Positions 9,779 to 17,789 of a DNA stretch of 50,821 nucleotides are shown piece by piece (positions within the stretch are counted from its first letter, which is position 1; every line of letters starts with the position of its first letter). The stretch spans positions 1-50,821 of the forward strand of contig DUSU01000099.1 of the NCBI GenBank assembly GCA_012842425.1, written 5' to 3'. The DNA is from Candidatus Fermentithermobacillaceae bacterium. GTDB lineage: Bacteria > Bacillota > Sulfobacillia > Fermentithermobacillales > Fermentithermobacillaceae. The position numbers and the translations under genes are program-made. A model generated the notes under the pieces. It saw only the letters and a program-made list of their open reading frames with translations, did no database searches and had not been told where the DNA came from.

Positions 9779-10621
9779 ATGACCCAAGGTGGAGAGGAAA
9801 CGGAAGTGGCCAAGGAACTCATAGATCCCAAAGATGATATTCGTGCGTACGGGGCCGATTACGTTCACTTCTGCTTGAGGCTCAAGAAGCTCAGCGGTAT
9901 TGACCTTTCCTCGTACAAGTCACGACAGATGCATCGGCGGCTCCAGAACTACCGTAACCGCCTGGGGTTTTCCGATTTCTACACCTTTTCGGTAGCCCTT
10001 CAAAAAGATGAGCAGAAGCTGAAGGGGCTACTGGACTTCATTACGATCAACGTATCGGAGTTTTTCCGCAATCCCGAGCAGTGGAGGATCCTCCGGGAAT
10101 CAGTGCTTCCAACGCTCGTGGTGTACAGGTCCGGCCAGCCTGTCAGGGTATGGAGCGCGGGGTCGTCGGCAGGGCAAGAGGCCTACTCCCTCGCCATTAG
10201 CGTGCTTGAGGCCGGCGGCGTTCCCAAGGTATTGGGCACCGACATAGACGAAGCGAGCCTCAAGAAAGCGAGGGCGGGGATTTACTCATCCGAAGAGATA
10301 AAGGGTGTCAGCAAGGTCTATCTCACAAGGTACTTCGAGCCGCACGGAGACGGATACAGGGTCCGGGAGATCCTCCGCCGAGCAGTTGCGTTTGAGCGGG
10401 GTAACCTCTTGACCGATGAGTATCCCAACGACCTCGACCTGGCAGTCTGCCGAAACGTTCTTATCTACTTCACCGACCAGGGAAAACAGCGGGTTTTGAG
10501 AGGCTTGGCCGACTCCCTGAGGCGCGGCGGGGTCTTGTTCACAGGCGCAACGGAACCTGTTTTCAACCCGGCGTCTTACGGCCTGAGCCAAATGCATCCG
10601 TTCTTCTACCAGCGTAGTTAG
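9779..10621 (+). CDS. cheR: Chemotaxis methyltransferase CheR
   Basis: 280 aa. FFRNPEQW plus the SAM-binding stretch VRVWSAGSSAGQEAYSLA and CRNVLIYF. Confidence 0.9.
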   Translation: MTQGGEETEVAKELIDPKDDIRAYGADYVHFCLRLKKLSGIDLSSYKSRQMHRRLQNYRNRLGFSDFYTFSVALQKDEQKLKGLLDFITINVSEFFRNPEQWRILRESVLPTLVVYRSGQPVRVWSAGSSAGQEAYSLAISVLEAGGVPKVLGTDIDEASLKKARAGIYSSEEIKGVSKVYLTRYFEPHGDGYRVREILRRAVAFERGNLLTDEYPNDLDLAVCRNVLIYFTDQGKQRVLRGLADSLRRGGVLFTGATEPVFNPASYGLSQMHPFFYQRS

Positions 10622-10632
10622 GAGGTAATCAT

Positions 10633-11106
10633 ATGTTGAAAGCGGGACTGGTGAATCCTTTCGTAGAGTCGGCCTATAAGTTCCTCCAGGATGAAGTCCA
10701 TATGGAGGTGACGAGAGGGCAGCTAAGACTCGAAACCTCCAAGGCCACTCAGGGCGAAATCAACGTGGCTTTGGGTGTTGCCGGAGACGCCGAGGGAATT
10801 GTCATTTACAGCATGTCGGAGAAGGTTGCCAAGGCCATTGCCTCGGCCCTCTTGGACGATGTCGTCCCGGTCTTCAACGAGCTCGCCGAGTCATCCATCG
10901 CGGAAATGGGGAACATCATCACCGGCCAAGCGGCTGCTGGGCTGGAAGAGCACGGGTATGTCTGCAAGCTCACTCCGCCCACCATCATCGCGGGGAAGGG
11001 CGTAATGATATCAACCGTAGATATCCAGCGCTTGGTCATCCCGATAGAGCTCCCTGTCGGACTCATGGAGATCTCGGTGGCGCTCCGCTATTACAACCGG
11101 AAGTAG
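10633..11106 (+). CDS. cheX: CheX-type (CheC-like, single-site) CheY-P phosphatase
   Basis: 157 aa with a single SSIAEMGN active-site-like motif (S-x3-E-x2-N) followed about 21 residues later by PP. Last gene of the che operon. Confidence 0.75.
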   Translation: MLKAGLVNPFVESAYKFLQDEVHMEVTRGQLRLETSKATQGEINVALGVAGDAEGIVIYSMSEKVAKAIASALLDDVVPVFNELAESSIAEMGNIITGQAAAGLEEHGYVCKLTPPTIIAGKGVMISTVDIQRLVIPIELPVGLMEISVALRYYNRK

Positions 11107-11239
11107 ACCCTGATACAGCCAAGACACAGCCCGGACATACAGCCAGAACGCGCAGCATTCGTGTCCAGATACATAGGGAAAAACGGAACACGGGCAGGTG
11201 TTTCTCCGTCAATCCGAGAAGGATCCATAGACATAAGGG

Positions 11240-12844
11240 TTGTCTAGCAGGTCAATTGGAACCGGATGGGAGACAAAGCGGATGCCCGGTAAGAGAGCGC
11301 GGAGAAAGCATCTGGGCCGTGGTGAGCAGCTTGAGTTCTTGGATGCTCTGGAAGGCACAAGTAGTTCGGGGACAAAACGCCCTGAGAGGGCGGACAATGA
11401 CAATGCAGCGACGCGCCCGGGGGCGGCAAGTCGCGCCCGCAGGGCCCGTAGGGAAGCGCGCGCTCAAGTGGCGGCCACCGCAGTGACCGGTGAGGTGCGC
11501 CCTAGGAGGAAGCGCAACCCTAAGTGGGGCGAGATGATCGCCATACTTCTGTTACTGGTGCTTTCGGGCATAGCCGCATACAATCAGGGACTCCTCGATG
11601 GGGCCGTTGCCTGGGTCACGGGAACTGCCGCAGTTGAGCCTGGACATACGGATACGACCGGGCAACAAGGCCCGCAAGGTGAGCCCGGGCAGACCGGCTC
11701 AAGTGGAGAGACAGATGGTTCCGGTCAGGGTGATCCCCAAGGGTCTACCGGAGGACCCGGTCAGTCGGGCGACCCATCCACGGGCGGAGAGAACGGGACC
11801 GGATCCGGCGGCTTACTTGCCCCCATGGAAATGGCTCTTTCTGCCCGCGCCCTGTATCTCACTATGGATACCGCAGGTACCCCTTCGCGGATGGCTTCCA
11901 TCATGAAGTACATGAGGTCCCACGAGGGGCTAAACTCATTTGTGATAGATATCAAGGACAACAACGGCCGCGTTCCCACCAAGCCGCCGGAGCATATCCC
12001 CGCGCGGGCCGGGAGTTATAGCCATCTACCGGGCCTCATACAGATCCTGGCCGACCTGGACTACTACATGATCGCACGTATCGTGGCTTTTCAGGATCCA
12101 TATCGCGCAGAGCAGGAACCTGAGCGCGCAATCCGCCGCGCCGACGGAAGCCTCTGGCGCGATCGCGACGGCAGGCTTTGGCTGAACCCCTACGACAAGA
12201 AGAACTGGGAGTACGTGAGAGACGTCGCCCTTTGGGCCGTCGAGATGGGCTTTCACGAGATCCAGCTCGACTACGTGCGGTTCCCCGACAGCGCAAGAGG
12301 CCTGGAGAAGTCGGGGACTGTCCTAATGCCCGGCTATGAGGAGTACGAGACCCGCGGCGACTGCATCGCTGCTTTCTTGGAGTACATGAGCGAGGCTCTC
12401 GAAGGCAAGGCATACTTGAGCGCTGACATTTTCGGCTTTGCCACCATCGCTGCCGACGACATGGGTATCGGCCACAAGTGGGAGCAGCTCGCGGATTCGG
12501 TAGACTTCATGTGCCCTATGGTCTATCCCTCTCACTACTACAACCCGGGCATCTACGGTTTCCAGGTGCCCGAAGCCCATCCTTACGAAGTGGTGTACAA
12601 GGCTATGGCCGAGGCGTTGGAGAGGTCGGAAGGTCTGAGGGCGAAGACACGTCCCTGGCTGCAGGACTTCTCCATGCGCATTAAGTACGGCCCCGAAGAA
12701 GTATCGGGCCAGATCCGCGCGACCTTCGAGCACGGCATCCGGACCTACATGCTCTGGAACCCCGCCAACAACTACACCGACGGGGTGGAGTATGTGCCTG
12801 AGGTGGAGATCCCCGAAATCCCCGGAGACCCCTCAGGCTCTTGA
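11240..12844 (+). CDS. Membrane-anchored putative glycoside-hydrolase-like TIM-barrel protein (DUF4015-like)
   Basis: 534-aa ORF. It has a very basic N-terminus, one TM helix (MIAILLLLVLSGIAAY) and a G/Q/P-rich linker. A ~330-aa domain follows with FVIDIKDNNG, IQLDYVRFPD and MCPMVYPSHY, which I recognise (no search run) as the putative glycosyl-hydrolase family DUF4015. ATG 11282 (GGGAGA 8 nt upstream) is an alternative to TTG 11240. Confidence 0.6.
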   Translation: MSSRSIGTGWETKRMPGKRARRKHLGRGEQLEFLDALEGTSSSGTKRPERADNDNAATRPGAASRARRARREARAQVAATAVTGEVRPRRKRNPKWGEMIAILLLLVLSGIAAYNQGLLDGAVAWVTGTAAVEPGHTDTTGQQGPQGEPGQTGSSGETDGSGQGDPQGSTGGPGQSGDPSTGGENGTGSGGLLAPMEMALSARALYLTMDTAGTPSRMASIMKYMRSHEGLNSFVIDIKDNNGRVPTKPPEHIPARAGSYSHLPGLIQILADLDYYMIARIVAFQDPYRAEQEPERAIRRADGSLWRDRDGRLWLNPYDKKNWEYVRDVALWAVEMGFHEIQLDYVRFPDSARGLEKSGTVLMPGYEEYETRGDCIAAFLEYMSEALEGKAYLSADIFGFATIAADDMGIGHKWEQLADSVDFMCPMVYPSHYYNPGIYGFQVPEAHPYEVVYKAMAEALERSEGLRAKTRPWLQDFSMRIKYGPEEVSGQIRATFEHGIRTYMLWNPANNYTDGVEYVPEVEIPEIPGDPSGS

Positions 12845-12887
12845 CTTGAGGTGAAGATCCGCGAGATTCCCGGAGACCTCTAAGGCT
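12799..12887 (+). repeat. Imperfect 48-bp-period tandem duplication spanning the stop codon of the preceding gene
   Basis: TGAGGTGGAGATCCCCGAAATCCCCGGAGACCCCTCAGGCT (12799-12839) versus TGAGGTGAAGATCCGCGAGATTCCCGGAGACCTCTAAGGCT (12847-12887), 35/41 identical. A third partial copy GGAGATCCC lies at 12894-12902. Confidence 0.85.
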
Positions 12888-13045
12888 TCCGGGGGAGATC
12901 CCTGACAGGATACCCCAAGGCCGCTGGGGTGAATACTCCTGAGATTACTGAGGCTCCCGAGGACACTGAGCCCCTTTGCGGCATCGGTTGCATTCAATGA
13001 GCGCCGATGCCTGAACCCGCGGGGGATAGGACTTGCGAATGCTTG

Positions 13046-13222
13046 CACCGGTGGCTTTATGCCGCGCGGACGTTTTCACCGGTGGATGTATCCCGGTGGG
13101 AAATGTCACGGGTGGAAGCGTTCTGCGGGAAATATGCACAGGTGAAAACGTCGCCTCAGGATCCGTGCACCTGTGGAAGCGTTCTGCGGGACATTTCCAC
13201 AGGTGGAGGTATTTCCCTCAGG
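13046..13222. repeat. Phased array of palindromic CACNNGTG cores, including a ~61-bp tandem duplication
   Basis: CACCGGTG 13046, CACCGGTG 13077, (CCCGGTGG 13092), CACGGGTG 13107, CACAGGTG 13137, CACCTGTG 13168, CACAGGTG 13198. Spacings are 31, 15, 15, 30, 31 and 30 bp. The 33-mers at 13112-13144 and 13173-13205 differ at 3 positions. Confidence 0.8.
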
Positions 13223-13309
13223 TTTTCGTAGGTACGCTGGGATTTTAGCACGGACAGAACTCCGCGGGTCGAGGGATGACTTCCAGCCCCAAATCCTGAG
13301 CCGCTGTTA

Positions 13310-13336
13310 ACATAACCTCTCGCCTCTACATACCAT
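13310..13336 (+). promoter_or_regulatory. Candidate mother-cell-type (sigma-K/sigma-E-like) promoter for the Cys-rich gene
   Basis: AC (13310-13311), 17 nt, then CATACCAT (13329-13336). This resembles the AC-N16-17-CATAnnnT pattern of Bacillus sigma-K promoters. It lies 28 nt upstream of the GTG. Pattern match only. Confidence 0.3.
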
Positions 13337-13363
13337 GGAGCACAGAGAAAGGAGGTTATTAGC

Positions 13364-13936
13364 GTGCTTAAGATCGGTTGTGCCTGCAAAGTGCTGGAGA
13401 CCGTCGAAAACATCCTAGACCTGCTCAAGAACCCTCGATTTGGCCTCAAGGAGATTAAGGACGAAGTCAAGGATATAGAAGAAGCCGTCGGCAATCTGGT
13501 GCCTGTTAAAGGGCCTCTCAGCACCGGTCCGTTCTCCGTTACGATTCCTTCGAAGATCAAGGTCAGCGTCCAGAACGTAGGGAGTAAGGGCTGCGTTGAC
13601 GCGGTTGTAAGGCTTTTCGACATCGAGTGCTGCCCGCCGAAGCAGATAGATTGCAAGGTCCTGAGAAACATCGGGCGTTGCTGCGCCGAGGACACATGGC
13701 TTGCCGCCCCCGAGGGCGCCCGCGTCCTTGAGGTGGTCATCTGCCCGAAGCCCGATAAGGCGTCCATAAGAGGTTTTGTAACGGTTCAACCCATGGCCGT
13801 CAACGCGTCGAACCCCGATGCATTGCTCAACTTCAGGGCTTGCGACCTGCTTCCCGTAGTATGCCCGTTCTGCAAGAAGGAGAAGGACCGCTGCGACGCC
13901 TGTGAGGAGATGGAGATCGAGCCCAATGGGGGCTAA
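13364..13936 (+). CDS. Cysteine-rich 190-aa protein, possibly CotY/CotZ/ExsY-like spore coat or exosporium protein
   Basis: GTG start 8 nt after AAAGGAGG (13348-13355). 14 Cys in 190 aa, including CC pairs and a C-terminal CPFC-x6-CDAC cluster. The N-terminal CKVLETVENILDLL and later GPFSVTIPSK...VQNVGSKGC resemble, from memory, the CotZ/CotY N-terminal region (CVREAVENIEDLQ ... FGNVGE). Confidence 0.45.
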   Translation: MLKIGCACKVLETVENILDLLKNPRFGLKEIKDEVKDIEEAVGNLVPVKGPLSTGPFSVTIPSKIKVSVQNVGSKGCVDAVVRLFDIECCPPKQIDCKVLRNIGRCCAEDTWLAAPEGARVLEVVICPKPDKASIRGFVTVQPMAVNASNPDALLNFRACDLLPVVCPFCKKEKDRCDACEEMEIEPNGG

Positions 13937-13963
13937 TCCCGGCGCTCCTAAATAGTCTCGTCC

Positions 13964-14007
13964 GAGATAGTCTAGAGATAGCTTAGAGATAGTTTCGAGA
14001 TGGATCA
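13964..14007. repeat. Four tandem 11-bp units (GAGATAGNNNN)
   Basis: GAGATAGTCTA GAGATAGCTTA GAGATAGTTTC GAGATGGATCA. Flanked by ATAGTCT (13952) on the left and three TGATGG(C/A) copies (14020-14044) on the right. Confidence 0.85.
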
Positions 14008-14064
14008 GAAACAGCTTTGTGATGGCTGATGGATCGCGTGATGGCGACCGGAGGTGGCAAATTC

Positions 14065-14111
14065 ATAGACTCCGCCTGCAGGCTTTAGGCCGGCCGGCAA
14101 GCGGAGTCTAT
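14065..14111. terminator. Hairpin between the convergent Cys-rich gene and guaB (possible bidirectional terminator)
   Basis: ATAGACTCCGC (14065-14075) pairs with GCGGAGTCTAT (14101-14111) around a 25-nt GC-rich loop, followed by TTTGG on the + strand. The T-tract is weak and the loop is large. Confidence 0.4.
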
Positions 14112-14125
14112 TTGGCTCCGGGGAC

Positions 14126-15648
<1,523 letters not shown>

Positions 15649-15668
15649 TATGTAAATTGTGTGGTTAT

Positions 15669-15697
15669 TTCACACGGCCTGTCAGAGACTGTATACT
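15669..15697 (+). promoter_or_regulatory. Candidate sigma-A promoter for the M20 amidohydrolase gene
   Basis: TTCACA (15669-15674), 17 nt, TATACT (15692-15697). 52 nt upstream of ATG 15749 and divergent from the guaB candidate. Confidence 0.35.
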
Positions 15698-15748
15698 GTT
15701 TGTGTCATCACGAACTGTCTTCTCACCACCTACCGGAGGTGCCGCTAA

Positions 15749-16942
15749 ATGAACGAGAACCCAATAAGCAAGAAACCCGAAATCGTAAAAGCCATCGACT
15801 CTCTAAGACCTGTAATTGAGGACATAGCCGTCTCTCTATACAAGCGCCCCGAGACCGGTCTGAACGAGGTGTTTGCTTCAGAAAAGCTGAGGGGCATCCT
15901 AAGCGACAACGGGTTTTCGGTGGAGGCCGGAGTGGCCGATCTCCCCACCGCTTTTGTGGCGCGCGTCGGGACCAAGCGTCCCAACATTGCGTTCATGGCC
16001 GAGTACGACGCCCTTCCGGGGATCGGGCACGGGTGCGGCCACAACCTCATGGCCGCCGTCGCAGTAGCTGCAGGCCTGGCCATGTCCCGCGTCTGCCCGC
16101 CTGACGAGTTCGGGGCTTCTTGGTCGGTGCTGGGCACCCCGGCTGAGGAAACAATCGGCGGAAAGGTCGTCATGGTCGAAAAGGGTGTTTTCAAAGATGT
16201 CGATGCAGCGTTCATCGCTCACCCGGGCCAGAGGAACAGCGTAGGAGGAGGGGTCCACTGGGCCTCGCACCCGCTGGAGATCACGTTCCACGGCAGGACT
16301 TCCCACGCAGGGGGCAATCCCGAAGCCGGGGTCAACGCCTTGGACGCCTGCGTCAACGCATACATAGCCATAAGGAATCTTAGAAACCATCTCAAAGACT
16401 CCGTCCGTATAGCCGGCATCATAACCCACGGTGGTCACGCCCAGAACATAGTCCCTGATGTCGCCCAGATGAGGTTCACTCTGCGTTCCACCGACTGGAG
16501 GTACCTCGAGAACGTGCTCATTCCCAAGGTGAAGCAGTGCGCTGAAGGAGCCGCCCACATGGTTGGTTGCACGGTGGACTTCCGTCACCACGAGATGCTT
16601 TTCAGGGACACTCTGGACTACCCGGTGCTCCAGAAGATCTGCTCCCAGAACTTCGAGTATGTAGGAGCCGAGGTGCCGCCTCCCGACCCGTCATACGCAG
16701 GCGGAGGCGTCACCGATGTTGGGAGCGTAACCTGGGTCGTGCCCGCTATCCAAATAGGTTTCAATGCGACGTCCGCGAGGGGCCACTCGGCCGAGATGGC
16801 CGATTCAACCATCACTCCGCGCGGAATCGACGCGGCGGTTATGGCCGCGAAAGTCCTGGCCCTTTCGGCCTACGATATCGTGACTCAGCCTGAGCTATTG
16901 AACGAGGCCAAAGCCTATCTCAAGGAGCGCCTGAGCAGGTAG
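15749..16942 (+). CDS. M20-family amidohydrolase / metallopeptidase (AbgB/M20D-like)
   Basis: 397 aa. ALPGIGHGCGHNLMAA is a typical M20D metal-site context. Also GTPAEE, HAGGNPEAG and a dimerisation insert. Confidence 0.8.
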   Translation: MNENPISKKPEIVKAIDSLRPVIEDIAVSLYKRPETGLNEVFASEKLRGILSDNGFSVEAGVADLPTAFVARVGTKRPNIAFMAEYDALPGIGHGCGHNLMAAVAVAAGLAMSRVCPPDEFGASWSVLGTPAEETIGGKVVMVEKGVFKDVDAAFIAHPGQRNSVGGGVHWASHPLEITFHGRTSHAGGNPEAGVNALDACVNAYIAIRNLRNHLKDSVRIAGIITHGGHAQNIVPDVAQMRFTLRSTDWRYLENVLIPKVKQCAEGAAHMVGCTVDFRHHEMLFRDTLDYPVLQKICSQNFEYVGAEVPPPDPSYAGGGVTDVGSVTWVVPAIQIGFNATSARGHSAEMADSTITPRGIDAAVMAAKVLALSAYDIVTQPELLNEAKAYLKERLSR

Positions 16943-17048
16943 ATTCTCTCTCGTGTTCCCTGAAGGAGTATTTCGGGAGACGCAGAATCAAGCATGAAGG
17001 ACTGAACAGGGGTATCAGGACAAACTTCGTTCTTTGGGGGAGTTACGG

Positions 17049-17774
17049 TTGGACCAGCCCATCCTTCGCACTGTTAACCTCCGGAAATCTTTCTTCCTGG
17101 GGCAGACGATCTACGCCGTCAACGATGTGAACCTGCAGGTTGACCAAGGCGAGTTTGTAGTGATCATGGGGCCGTCGGGAAGCGGAAAAAGCACTTTGCT
17201 TGCCCTTCTGGGAGGGTTGGACCGCCCTCAATCAGGCGATGTCATCCTGAGCGGGGAGAGGTACTCCAAACTGTCGGAGAACGGGCTCGCGAGGATCCGC
17301 CGGAACAAAGTCGGGTTCGTGTTCCAGTTCTTCAACCTGATACCTCACCTTACGGCTCTTGAGAATGTGATGCTTCCGATGAGGTTCGGAGGCAAGACAA
17401 AGCGCCAGATGGAAGACCGGGCCAAAGAGCTCTTGGATATCGTCGGTCTGAGCGCCCGAAAGGACCATAAGCCTCTGGAACTCTCAGGAGGCGAGCAGCA
17501 GCGGGTGGCTATCGCGAGGGCACTGGCCAATGAACCCGATGTGGTCCTGGCCGACGAGCCTACGGGAAACCTCGACCGGAAGACATCTTCTGAGATAGGA
17601 GAGATATTCCACAATCTAAACAGTGACAACGGGCAAACCTTCATCGTTGTGTCTCACGACCCGTCGCTCACTAAGTATGCCCACAGAGTCGTGAACATGT
17701 TGGACGGGCAGATCGTCGAGATAACCGGAGGAGGCATGGAGGGGGTCCCTCTCACTACTCCTGCATATCGCTAG
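17049..17774 (+). CDS. MacB/LolD/FtsE-type ABC transporter ATP-binding protein (ATPase-1)
   Basis: Walker [11 protein letters not shown]-loop [10 protein letters not shown], signature LSGGEQQR, Walker [10 protein letters not shown]-loop VVSHD. TTG 17049 follows GGGGGAG (17036-17042) by 6 nt. The ORF track starts at TTG 17034, which has no RBS. Confidence 0.9.
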   Translation: MDQPILRTVNLRKSFFLGQTIYAVNDVNLQVDQGEFVVIMGPSGSGKSTLLALLGGLDRPQSGDVILSGERYSKLSENGLARIRRNKVGFVFQFFNLIPHLTALENVMLPMRFGGKTKRQMEDRAKELLDIVGLSARKDHKPLELSGGEQQRVAIARALANEPDVVLADEPTGNLDRKTSSEIGEIFHNLNSDNGQTFIVVSHDPSLTKYAHRVVNMLDGQIVEITGGGMEGVPLTTPAYR

Positions 17775-17789
17775 GAAGGACTGCTTGAC

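Noticed and set aside
13046-13222. Repeat array considered as a degenerate CRISPR array
   Set aside because: The repeat cores are only 8 bp, spacings are 15-31 bp, the units are imperfect, and no cas genes or leader are present.
13007-13248. 74-aa and 71-aa + strand ORFs covering the CACNNGTG array
   Set aside because: They have no RBS. The repeated peptide appears in two different frames, so no single frame is conserved across the duplication. It is more likely non-coding or a decayed remnant.
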